From: Naegleria gruberi
Lineage: Eukaryota
Reading direction: 5' to 3' (one strand)
NCBI GenBank assembly: GCA_000004985.1
Contig: GG738880.1
Length of the DNA stretch: 64,000 bases
The notes under the pieces were generated by a model. It did not search any database. It was not told the origin of the DNA and worked only from the letters and a program-made list of their open reading frames with translations. Numbering within the stretch: position 1 is the first letter of the stretch; each line of letters begins with the position of its first letter. Positions 43,701 through 55,700 of the stretch are shown in pieces. A program made the translations under genes and the position numbers.

Positions 43701-46700
43701 NNNNNNNNNNNNNNNNNNNNNNNNNNNNNNNNNNNNNNNNNNNNNNNNNNNNNNNNNNNNNNNNNNNNNNNNNNNNNNNNNNNNNNNNNNNNNNNNNNNN
43801 NNNNNNNNNNNNNNNNNNNNNNNNNNNNNNNNNNNNNNNNNNNNNNNNNNNNNNNNNNNNNNNNNNNNNNNNNNNNNNNNNNNNNNNNNNNNNNNNNNNN
43901 NNNNNNNNNNNNNNNNNNNNNNNNNNNNNNNNNNNNNNNNNNNNNNNNNNNNNNNNNNNNNNNNNNNNNNNNNNNNNNNNNNNNNNNNNNNNNNNNNNNN
44001 NNNNNNNNNNNNNNNNNNNNNNNNNNNNNNNNNNNNNNNNNNNNNNNNNNNNNNNNNNNNNNNNNNNNNNNNNNNNNNNNNNNNNNNNNNNNNNNNNNNN
44101 NNNNNNNNNNNNNNNNNNNNNNNNNNNNNNNNNNNNNNNNNNNNNNNNNNNNNNNNNNNNNNNNNNNNNNNNNNNNNNNNNNNNNNNNNNNNNNNNNNNN
44201 NNNNNNNNNNNNNNNNNNNNNNNNNNNNNNNNNNNNNNNNNNNNNNNNNNNNNNNNNNNNNNNNNNNNNNNNNNNNNNNNNNNNNNNNNNNNNNNNNNNN
44301 NNNNNNNNNNNNNNNNNNNNNNNNNNNNNNNNNNNNNNNNNNNNNNNNNNNNNNNNNNNNNNNNNNNNNNNNNNNNNNNNNNNNNNNNNNNNNNNNNNNN
44401 NNNNNNNNNNNNNNNNNNNNNNNNNNNNNNNNNNNNNNNNNNNNNNNNNNNNNNNNNNNNNNNNNNNNNNNNNNNNNNNNNNNNNNNNNNNNNNNNNNNN
44501 NNNNNNNNNNNNNNNNNNNNNNNNNNNNNNNNNNNNNNNNNNNNNNNNNNNNNNNNNNNNNNNNNNNNNNNNNNNNNNNNNNNNNNNNNNNNNNNNNNNN
44601 NNNNNNNNNNNNNNNNNNNNNNNNNNNNNNNNNNNNNNNNNNNNNNNNNNNNNNNNNNNNNNNNNNNNNNNNNNNNNNNNNNNNNNNNNNNNNNNNNNNN
44701 NNNNNNNNNNNNNNNNNNNNNNNNNNNNNNNNNNNNNNNNNNNNNNNNNNNNNNNNNNNNNNNNNNNNNNNNNNNNNNNNNNNNNNNNNNNNNNNNNNNN
44801 NNNNNNNNNNNNNNNNNNNNNNNNNNNNNNNNNNNNNNNNNNNNNNNNNNNNNNNNNNNNNNNNNNNNNNNNNNNNNNNNNNNNNNNNNNNNNNNNNNNN
44901 NNNNNNNNNNNNNNNNNNNNNNNNNNNNNNNNNNNNNNNNNNNNNNNNNNNNNNNNNNNNNNNNNNNNNNNNNNNNNNNNNNNNNNNNNNNNNNNNNNNN
45001 NNNNNNNNNNNNNNNNNNNNNNNNNNNNNNNNNNNNNNNNNNNNNNNNNNNNNNNNNNNNNNNNNNNNNNNNNNNNNNNNNNNNNNNNNNNNNNNNNNNN
45101 NNNNNNNNNNNNNNNNNNNNNNNNNNNNNNNNNNNNNNNNNNNNNNNNNNNNNNNNNNNNNNNNNNNNNNNNNNNNNNNNNNNNNNNNNNNNNNNNNNNN
45201 NNNNNNNNNNNNNNNNNNNNNNNNNNNNNNNNNNNNNNNNNNNNNNNNNNNNNNNNNNNNNNNNNNNNNNNNNNNNNNNNNNNNNNNNNNNNNNNNNNNN
45301 NNNNNNNNNNNNNNNNNNNNNNNNNNNNNNNNNNNNNNNNNNNNNNNNNNNNNNNNNNNNNNNNNNNNNNNNNNNNNNNNNNNNNNNNNNNNNNNNNNNN
45401 NNNNNNNNNNNNNNNNNNNNNNNNNNNNNNNNNNNNNNNNNNNNNNNNNNNNNNNNNNNNNNNNNNNNNNNNNNNNNNNNNNNNNNNNNNNNNNNNNNNN
45501 NNNNNNNNNNNNNNNNNNNNNNNNNNNNNNNNNNNNNNNNNNNNNNNNNNNNNNNNNNNNNNNNNNNNNNNNNNNNNNNNNNNNNNNNNNNNNNNNNNNN
45601 NNNNNNNNNNNNNNNNNNNNNNNNNNNNNNNNNNNNNNNNNNNNNNNNNNNNNNNNNNNNNNNNNNNNNNNNNNNNNNNNNNNNNNNNNNNNNNNNNNNN
45701 NNNNNNNNNNNNNNNNNNNNNNNNNNNNNNNNNNNNNNNNNNNNNNNNNNNNNNNNNNNNNNNNNNNNNNNNNNNNNNNNNNNNNNNNNNNNNNNNNNNN
45801 NNNNNNNNNNNNNNNNNNNNNNNNNNNNNNNNNNNNNNNNNNNNNNNNNNNNNNNNNNNNNNNNNNNNNNNNNNNNNNNNNNNNNNNNNNNNNNNNNNNN
45901 NNNNNNNNNNNNNNNNNNNNNNNNNNNNNNNNNNNNNNNNNNNNNNNNNNNNNNNNNNNNNNNNNNNNNNNNNNNNNNNNNNNNNNNNNNNNNNNNNNNN
46001 NNNNNNNNNNNNNNNNNNNNNNNNNNNNNNNNNNNNNNNNNNNNNNNNNNNNNNNNNNNNNNNNNNNNNNNNNNNNNNNNNNNNNNNNNNNNNNNNNNNN
46101 NNNNNNNNNNNNNNNNNNNNNNNNNNNNNNNNNNNNNNNNNNNNNNNNNNNNNNNNNNNNNNNNNNNNNNNNNNNNNNNNNNNNNNNNNNNNNNNNNNNN
46201 NNNNNNNNNNNNNNNNNNNNNNNNNNNNNNNNNNNNNNNNNNNNNNNNNNNNNNNNNNNNNNNNNNNNNNNNNNNNNNNNNNNNNNNNNNNNNNNNNNNN
46301 NNNNNNNNNNNNNNNNNNNNNNNNNNNNNNNNNNNNNNNNNNNNNNNNNNNNNNNNNNNNNNNNNNNNNNNNNNNNNNNNNNNNNNNNNNNNNNNNNNNN
46401 NNNNNNNNNNNNNNNNNNNNNNNNNNNNNNNNNNNNNNNNNNNNNNNNNNNNNNNNNNNNNNNNNNNNNNNNNNNNNNNNNNNNNNNNNNNNNNNNNNNN
46501 NNNNNNNNNNNNNNNNNNNNNNNNNNNNNNNNNNNNNNNNNNNNNNNNNNNNNNNNNNNNNNNNNNNNNNNNNNNNNNNNNNNNNNNNNNNNNNNNNNNN
46601 NNNNNNNNNNNNNNNNNNNNNNNNNNNNNNNNNNNNNNNNNNNNNNNNNNNNNNNNNNNNNNNNNNNNNNNNNNNNNNNNNNNNNNNNNNNNNNNNNNNN

Positions 46701-49700
46701 NNNNNNNNNNNNNNNNNNNNNNNNNNNNNNNNNNNNNNNNNNNNNNNNNNNNNNNNNNNNNNNNNNNNNNNNNNNNNNNNNNNNNNNNNNNNNNNNNNNN
46801 NNNNNNNNNNNNNNNNNNNNNNNNNNNNNNNNNNNNNNNNNNNNNNNNNNNNNNNNNNNNNNNNNNNNNNNNNNNNNNNNNNNNNNNNNNNNNNNNNNNN
46901 NNNNNNNNNNNNNNNNNNNNNNNNNNNNNNNNNNNNNNNNNNNNNNNNNNNNNNNNNNNNNNNNNNNNNNNNNNNNNNNNNNNNNNNNNNNNNNNNNNNN
47001 NNNNNNNNNNNNNNNNNNNNNNNNNNNNNNNNNNNNNNNNNNNNNNNNNNNNNNNNNNNNNNNNNNNNNNNNNNNNNNNNNNNNNNNNNNNNNNNNNNNN
47101 NNNNNNNNNNNNNNNNNNNNNNNNNNNNNNNNNNNNNNNNNNNNNNNNNNNNNNNNNNNNNNNNNNNNNNNNNNNNNNNNNNNNNNNNNNNNNNNNNNNN
47201 NNNNNNNNNNNNNNNNNNNNNNNNNNNNNNNNNNNNNNNNNNNNNNNNNNNNNNNNNNNNNNNNNNNNNNNNNNNNNNNNNNNNNNNNNNNNNNNNNNNN
47301 NNNNNNNNNNNNNNNNNNNNNNNNNNNNNNNNNNNNNNNNNNNNNNNNNNNNNNNNNNNNNNNNNNNNNNNNNNNNNNNNNNNNNNNNNNNNNNNNNNNN
47401 NNNNNNNNNNNNNNNNNNNNNNNNNNNNNNNNNNNNNNNNNNNNNNNNNNNNNNNNNNNNNNNNNNNNNNNNNNNNNNNNNNNNNNNNNNNNNNNNNNNN
47501 NNNNNNNNNNNNNNNNNNNNNNNNNNNNNNNNNNNNNNNNNNNNNNNNNNNNNNNNNNNNNNNNNNNNNNNNNNNNNNNNNNNNNNNNNNNNNNNNNNNN
47601 NNNNNNNNNNNNNNNNNNNNNNNNNNNNNNNNNNNNNNNNNNNNNNNNNNNNNNNNNNNNNNNNNNNNNNNNNNNNNNNNNNNNNNNNNNNNNNNNNNNN
47701 NNNNNNNNNNNNNNNNNNNNNNNNNNNNNNNNNNNNNNNNNNNNNNNNNNNNNNNNNNNNNNNNNNNNNNNNNNNNNNNNNNNNNNNNNNNNNNNNNNNN
47801 NNNNNNNNNNNNNNNNNNNNNNNNNNNNNNNNNNNNNNNNNNNNNNNNNNNNNNNNNNNNNNNNNNNNNNNNNNNNNNNNNNNNNNNNNNNNNNNNNNNN
47901 NNNNNNNNNNNNNNNNNNNNNNNNNNNNNNNNNNNNNNNNNNNNNNNNNNNNNNNNNNNNNNNNNNNNNNNNNNNNNNNNNNNNNNNNNNNNNNNNNNNN
48001 NNNNNNNNNNNNNNNNNNNNNNNNNNNNNNNNNNNNNNNNNNNNNNNNNNNNNNNNNNNNNNNNNNNNNNNNNNNNNNNNNNNNNNNNNNNNNNNNNNNN
48101 NNNNNNNNNNNNNNNNNNNNNNNNNNNNNNNNNNNNNNNNNNNNNNNNNNNNNNNNNNNNNNNNNNNNNNNNNNNNNNNNNNNNNNNNNNNNNNNNNNNN
48201 NNNNNNNNNNNNNNNNNNNNNNNNNNNNNNNNNNNNNNNNNNNNNNNNNNNNNNNNNNNNNNNNNNNNNNNNNNNNNNNNNNNNNNNNNNNNNNNNNNNN
48301 NNNNNNNNNNNNNNNNNNNNNNNNNNNNNNNNNNNNNNNNNNNNNNNNNNNNNNNNNNNNNNNNNNNNNNNNNNNNNNNNNNNNNNNNNNNNNNNNNNNN
48401 NNNNNNNNNNNNNNNNNNNNNNNNNNNNNNNNNNNNNNNNNNNNNNNNNNNNNNNNNNNNNNNNNNNNNNNNNNNNNNNNNNNNNNNNNNNNNNNNNNNN
48501 NNNNNNNNNNNNNNNNNNNNNNNNNNNNNNNNNNNNNNNNNNNNNNNNNNNNNNNNNNNNNNNNNNNNNNNNNNNNNNNNNNNNNNNNNNNNNNNNNNNN
48601 NNNNNNNNNNNNNNNNNNNNNNNNNNNNNNNNNNNNNNNNNNNNNNNNNNNNNNNNNNNNNNNNNNNNNNNNNNNNNNNNNNNNNNNNNNNNNNNNNNNN
48701 NNNNNNNNNNNNNNNNNNNNNNNNNNNNNNNNNNNNNNNNNNNNNNNNNNNNNNNNNNNNNNNNNNNNNNNNNNNNNNNNNNNNNNNNNNNNNNNNNNNN
48801 NNNNNNNNNNNNNNNNNNNNNNNNNNNNNNNNNNNNNNNNNNNNNNNNNNNNNNNNNNNNNNNNNNNNNNNNNNNNNNNNNNNNNNNNNNNNNNNNNNNN
48901 NNNNNNNNNNNNNNNNNNNNNNNNNNNNNNNNNNNNNNNNNNNNNNNNNNNNNNNNNNNNNNNNNNNNNNNNNNNNNNNNNNNNNNNNNNNNNNNNNNNN
49001 NNNNNNNNNNNNNNNNNNNNNNNNNNNNNNNNNNNNNNNNNNNNNNNNNNNNNNNNNNNNNNNNNNNNNNNNNNNNNNNNNNNNNNNNNNNNNNNNNNNN
49101 NNNNNNNNNNNNNNNNNNNNNNNNNNNNNNNNNNNNNNNNNNNNNNNNNNNNNNNNNNNNNNNNNNNNNNNNNNNNNNNNNNNNNNNNNNNNNNNNNNNN
49201 NNNNNNNNNNNNNNNNNNNNNNNNNNNNNNNNNNNNNNNNNNNNNNNNNNNNNNNNNNNNNNNNNNNNNNNNNNNNNNNNNNNNNNNNNNNNNNNNNNNN
49301 NNNNNNNNNNNNNNNNNNNNNNNNNNNNNNNNNNNNNNNNNNNNNNNNNNNNNNNNNNNNNNNNNNNNNNNNNNNNNNNNNNNNNNNNNNNNNNNNNNNN
49401 NNNNNNNNNNNNNNNNNNNNNNNNNNNNNNNNNNNNNNNNNNNNNNNNNNNNNNNNNNNNNNNNNNNNNNNNNNNNNNNNNNNNNNNNNNNNNNNNNNNN
49501 NNNNNNNNNNNNNNNNNNNNNNNNNNNNNNNNNNNNNNNNNNNNNNNNNNNNNNNNNNNNNNNNNNNNNNNNNNNNNNNNNNNNNNNNNNNNNNNNNNNN
49601 NNNNNNNNNNNNNNNNNNNNNNNNNNNNNNNNNNNNNNNNNNNNNNNNNNNNNNNNNNNNNNNNNNNNNNNNNNNNNNNNNNNNNNNNNNNNNNNNNNNN

Positions 49701-52700
49701 NNNNNNNNNNNNNNNNNNNNNNNNNNNNNNNNNNNNNNNNNNNNNNNNNNNNNNNNNNNNNNNNNNNNNNNNNNNNNNNNNNNNNNNNNNNNNNNNNNNN
49801 NNNNNNNNNNNNNNNNNNNNNNNNNNNNNNNNNNNNNNNNNNNNNNNNNNNNNNNNNNNNNNNNNNNNNNNNNNNNNNNNNNNNNNNNNNNNNNNNNNNN
49901 NNNNNNNNNNNNNNNNNNNNNNNNNNNNNNNNNNNNNNNNNNNNNNNNNNNNNNNNNNNNNNNNNNNNNNNNNNNNNNNNNNNNNNNNNNNNNNNNNNNN
50001 NNNNNNNNNNNNNNNNNNNNNNNNNNNNNNNNNNNNNNNNNNNNNNNNNNNNNNNNNNNNNNNNNNNNNNNNNNNNNNNNNNNNNNNNNNNNNNNNNNNN
50101 NNNNNNNNNNNNNNNNNNNNNNNNNNNNNNNNNNNNNNNNNNNNNNNNNNNNNNNNNNNNNNNNNNNNNNNNNNNNNNNNNNNNNNNNNNNNNNNNNNNN
50201 NNNNNNNNNNNNNNNNNNNNNNNNNNNNNNNNNNNNNNNNNNNNNNNNNNNNNNNNNNNNNNNNNNNNNNNNNNNNNNNNNNNNNNNNNNNNNNNNNNNN
50301 NNNNNNNNNNNNNNNNNNNNNNNNNNNNNNNNNNNNNNNNNNNNNNNNNNNNNNNNNNNNNNNNNNNNNNNNNNNNNNNNNNNNNNNNNNNNNNNNNNNN
50401 NNNNNNNNNNNNNNNNNNNNNNNNNNNNNNNNNNNNNNNNNNNNNNNNNNNNNNNNNNNNNNNNNNNNNNNNNNNNNNNNNNNNNNNNNNNNNNNNNNNN
50501 NNNNNNNNNNNNNNNNNNNNNNNNNNNNNNNNNNNNNNNNNNNNNNNNNNNNNNNNNNNNNNNNNNNNNNNNNNNNNNNNNNNNNNNNNNNNNNNNNNNN
50601 NNNNNNNNNNNNNNNNNNNNNNNNNNNNNNNNNNNNNNNNNNNNNNNNNNNNNNNNNNNNNNNNNNNNNNNNNNNNNNNNNNNNNNNNNNNNNNNNNNNN
50701 NNNNNNNNNNNNNNNNNNNNNNNNNNNNNNNNNNNNNNNNNNNNNNNNNNNNNNNNNNNNNNNNNNNNNNNNNNNNNNNNNNNNNNNNNNNNNNNNNNNN
50801 NNNNNNNNNNNNNNNNNNNNNNNNNNNNNNNNNNNNNNNNNNNNNNNNNNNNNNNNNNNNNNNNNNNNNNNNNNNNNNNNNNNNNNNNNNNNNNNNNNNN
50901 NNNNNNNNNNNNNNNNNNNNNNNNNNNNNNNNNNNNNNNNNNNNNNNNNNNNNNNNNNNNNNNNNNNNNNNNNNNNNNNNNNNNNNNNNNNNNNNNNNNN
51001 NNNNNNNNNNNNNNNNNNNNNNNNNNNNNNNNNNNNNNNNNNNNNNNNNNNNNNNNNNNNNNNNNNNNNNNNNNNNNNNNNNNNNNNNNNNNNNNNNNNN
51101 NNNNNNNNNNNNNNNNNNNNNNNNNNNNNNNNNNNNNNNNNNNNNNNNNNNNNNNNNNNNNNNNNNNNNNNNNNNNNNNNNNNNNNNNNNNNNNNNNNNN
51201 NNNNNNNNNNNNNNNNNNNNNNNNNNNNNNNNNNNNNNNNNNNNNNNNNNNNNNNNNNNNNNNNNNNNNNNNNNNNNNNNNNNNNNNNNNNNNNNNNNNN
51301 NNNNNNNNNNNNNNNNNNNNNNNNNNNNNNNNNNNNNNNNNNNNNNNNNNNNNNNNNNNNNNNNNNNNNNNNNNNNNNNNNNNNNNNNNNNNNNNNNNNN
51401 NNNNNNNNNNNNNNNNNNNNNNNNNNNNNNNNNNNNNNNNNNNNNNNNNNNNNNNNNNNNNNNNNNNNNNNNNNNNNNNNNNNNNNNNNNNNNNNNNNNN
51501 NNNNNNNNNNNNNNNNNNNNNNNNNNNNNNNNNNNNNNNNNNNNNNNNNNNNNNNNNNNNNNNNNNNNNNNNNNNNNNNNNNNNNNNNNNNNNNNNNNNN
51601 NNNNNNNNNNNNNNNNNNNNNNNNNNNNNNNNNNNNNNNNNNNNNNNNNNNNNNNNNNNNNNNNNNNNNNNNNNNNNNNNNNNNNNNNNNNNNNNNNNNN
51701 NNNNNNNNNNNNNNNNNNNNNNNNNNNNNNNNNNNNNNNNNNNNNNNNNNNNNNNNNNNNNNNNNNNNNNNNNNNNNNNNNNNNNNNNNNNNNNNNNNNN
51801 NNNNNNNNNNNNNNNNNNNNNNNNNNNNNNNNNNNNNNNNNNNNNNNNNNNNNNNNNNNNNNNNNNNNNNNNNNNNNNNNNNNNNNNNNNNNNNNNNNNN
51901 NNNNNNNNNNNNNNNNNNNNNNNNNNNNNNNNNNNNNNNNNNNNNNNNNNNNNNNNNNNNNNNNNNNNNNNNNNNNNNNNNNNNNNNNNNNNNNNNNNNN
52001 NNNNNNNNNNNNNNNNNNNNNNNNNNNNNNNNNNNNNNNNNNNNNNNNNNNNNNNNNNNNNNNNNNNNNNNNNNNNNNNNNNNNNNNNNNNNNNNNNNNN
52101 NNNNNNNNNNNNNNNNNNNNNNNNNNNNNNNNNNNNNNNNNNNNNNNNNNNNNNNNNNNNNNNNNNNNNNNNNNNNNNNNNNNNNNNNNNNNNNNNNNNN
52201 NNNNNNNNNNNNNNNNNNNNNNNNNNNNNNNNNNNNNNNNNNNNNNNNNNNNNNNNNNNNNNNNNNNNNNNNNNNNNNNNNNNNNNNNNNNNNNNNNNNN
52301 NNNNNNNNNNNNNNNNNNNNNNNNNNNNNNNNNNNNNNNNNNNNNNNNNNNNNNNNNNNNNNNNNNNNNNNNNNNNNNNNNNNNNNNNNNNNNNNNNNNN
52401 NNNNNNNNNNNNNNNNNNNNNNNNNNNNNNNNNNNNNNNNNNNNNNNNNNNNNNNNNNNNNNNNNNNNNNNNNNNNNNNNNNNNNNNNNNNNNNNNNNNN
52501 NNNNNNNNNNNNNNNNNNNNNNNNNNNNNNNNNNNNNNNNNNNNNNNNNNNNNNNNNNNNNNNNNNNNNNNNNNNNNNNNNNNNNNNNNNNNNNNNNNNN
52601 NNNNNNNNNNNNNNNNNNNNNNNNNNNNNNNNNNNNNNNNNNNNNNNNNNNNNNNNNNNNNNNNNNNNNNNNNNNNNNNNNNNNNNNNNNNNNNNNNNNN

Positions 52701-55700
52701 NNNNNNNNNNNNNNNNNNNNNNNNNNNNNNNNNNNNNNNNNNNNNNNNNNNNNNNNNNNNNNNNNNNNNNNNNNNNNNNNNNNNNNNNNNNNNNNNNNNN
52801 NNNNNNNNNNNNNNNNNNNNNNNNNNNNNNNNNNNNNNNNNNNNNNNNNNNNNNNNNNNNNNNNNNNNNNNNNNNNNNNNNNNNNNNNNNNNNNNNNNNN
52901 NNNNNNNNNNNNNNNNNNNNNNNNNNNNNNNNNNNNNNNNNNNNNNNNNNNNNNNNNNNNNNNNNNNNNNNNNNNNNNNNNNNNNNNNNNNNNNNNNNNN
53001 NNNNNNNNNNNNNNNNNNNNNNNNNNNNNNNNNNNNNNNNNNNNNNNNNNNNNNNNNNNNNNNNNNNNNNNNNNNNNNNNNNNNNNNNNNNNNNNNNNNN
53101 NNNNNNNNNNNNNNNNNNNNNNNNNNNNNNNNNNNNNNNNNNNNNNNNNNNNNNNNNNNNNNNNNNNNNNNNNNNNNNNNNNNNNNNNNNNNNNNNNNNN
53201 NNNNNNNNNNNNNNNNNNNNNNNNNNNNNNNNNNNNNNNNNNNNNNNNNNNNNNNNNNNNNNNNNNNNNNNNNNNNNNNNNNNNNNNNNNNNNNNNNNNN
53301 NNNNNNNNNNNNNNNNNNNNNNNNNNNNNNNNNNNNNNNNNNNNNNNNNNNNNNNNNNNNNNNNNNNNNNNNNNNNNNNNNNNNNNNNNNNNNNNNNNNN
53401 NNNNNNNNNNNNNNNNNNNNNNNNNNNNNNNNNNNNNNNNNNNNNNNNNNNNNNNNNNNNNNNNNNNNNNNNNNNNNNNNNNNNNNNNNNNNNNNNNNNN
53501 NNNNNNNNNNNNNNNNNNNNNNNNNNNNNNNNNNNNNNNNNNNNNNNNNNNNNNNNNNNNNNNNNNNNNNNNNNNNNNNNNNNNNNNNNNNNNNNNNNNN
53601 NNNNNNNNNNNNNNNNNNNNNNNNNNNNNNNNNNNNNNNNNNNNNNNNNNNNNNNNNNNNNNNNNNNNNNNNNNNNNNNNNNNNNNNNNNNNNNNNNNNN
53701 NNNNNNNNNNNNNNNNNNNNNNNNNNNNNNNNNNNNNNNNNNNNNNNNNNNNNNNNNNNNNNNNNNNNNNNNNNNNNNNNNNNNNNNNNNNNNNNNNNNN
53801 NNNNNNNNNNNNNNNNNNNNNNNNNNNNNNNNNNNNNNNNNNNNNNNNNNNNNNNNNNNNNNNNNNNNNNNNNNNNNNNNNNNNNNNNNNNNNNNNNNNN
53901 NNNNNNNNNNNNNNNNNNNNNNNNNNNNNNNNNNNNNNNNNNNNNNNNNNNNNNNNNNNNNNNNNNNNNNNNNNNNNNNNNNNNNNNNNNNNNNNNNNNN
54001 NNNNNNNNNNNNNNNNNNNNNNNNNNNNNNNNNNNNNNNNNNNNNNNNNNNNNNNNNNNNNNNNNNNNNNNNNNNNNNNNNNNNNNNNNNNNNNNNNNNN
54101 NNNNNNNNNNNNNNNNNNNNNNNNNNNNNNNNNNNNNNNNNNNNNNNNNNNNNNNNNNNNNNNNNNNNNNNNNNNNNNNNNNNNNNNNNNNNNNNNNNNN
54201 NNNNNNNNNNNNNNNNNNNNNNNNNNNNNNNNNNNNNNNNNNNNNNNNNNNNNNNNNNNNNNNNNNNNNNNNNNNNNNNNNNNNNNNNNNNNNNNNNNNN
54301 NNNNNNNNNNNNNNNNNNNNNNNNNNNNNNNNNNNNNNNNNNNNNNNNNNNNNNNNNNNNNNNNNNNNNNNNNNNNNNNNNNNNNNNNNNNNNNNNNNNN
54401 NNNNNNNNNNNNNNNNNNNNNNNNNNNNNNNNNNNNNNNNNNNNNNNNNNNNNNNNNNNNNNNNNNNNNNNNNNNNNNNNNNNNNNNNNNNNNNNNNNNN
54501 NNNNNNNNNNNNNNNNNNNNNNNNNNNNNNNNNNNNNNNNNNNNNNNNNNNNNNNNNNNNNNNNNNNNNNNNNNNNNNNNNNNNNNNNNNNNNNNNNNNN
54601 NNNNNNNNNNNNNNNNNNNNNNNNNNNNNNNNNNNNNNNNNNNNNNNNNNNNNNNNNNNNNNNNNNNNNNNNNNNNNNNNNNNNNNNNNNNNNNNNNNNN
54701 NNNNNNNNNNNNNNNNNNNNNNNNNNNNNNNNNNNNNNNNNNNNNNNNNNNNNNNNNNNNNNNNNNNNNNNNNNNNNNNNNNNNNNNNNNNNNNNNNNNN
54801 NNNNNNNNNNNNNNNNNNNNNNNNNNNNNNNNNNNNNNNNNNNNNNNNNNNNNNNNNNNNNNNNNNNNNNNNNNNNNNNNNNNNNNNNNNNNNNNNNNNN
54901 NNNNNNNNNNNNNNNNNNNNNNNNNNNNNNNNNNNNNNNNNNNNNNNNNNNNNNNNNNNNNNNNNNNNNNNNNNNNNNNNNNNNNNNNNNNNNNNNNNNN
55001 NNNNNNNNNNNNNNNNNNNNNNNNNNNNNNNNNNNNNNNNNNNNNNNNNNNNNNNNNNNNNNNNNNNNNNNNNNNNNNNNNNNNNNNNNNNNNNNNNNNN
55101 NNNNNNNNNNNNNNNNNNNNNNNNNNNNNNNNNNNNNNNNNNNNNNNNNNNNNNNNNNNNNNNNNNNNNNNNNNNNNNNNNNNNNNNNNNNNNNNNNNNN
55201 NNNNNNNNNNNNNNNNNNNNNNNNNNNNNNNNNNNNNNNNNNNNNNNNNNNNNNNNNNNNNNNNNNNNNNNNNNNNNNNNNNNNNNNNNNNNNNNNNNNN
55301 NNNNNNNNNNNNNNNNNNNNNNNNNNNNNNNNNNNNNNNNNNNNNNNNNNNNNNNNNNNNNNNNNNNNNNNNNNNNNNNNNNNNNNNNNNNNNNNNNNNN
55401 NNNNNNNNNNNNNNNNNNNNNNNNNNNNNNNNNNNNNNNNNNNNNNNNNNNNNNNNNNNNNNNNNNNNNNNNNNNNNNNNNNNNNNNNNNNNNNNNNNNN
55501 NNNNNNNNNNNNNNNNNNNNNNNNNNNNNNNNNNNNNNNNNNNNNNNNNNNNNNNNNNNNNNNNNNNNNNNNNNNNNNNNNNNNNNNNNNNNNNNNNNNN
55601 NNNNNNNNNNNNNNNNNNNNNNNNNNNNNNNNNNNNNNNNNNNNNNNNNNNNNNNNNNNNNNNNNNNNNNNNNNNNNNNNNNNNNNNNNNNNNNNNNNNN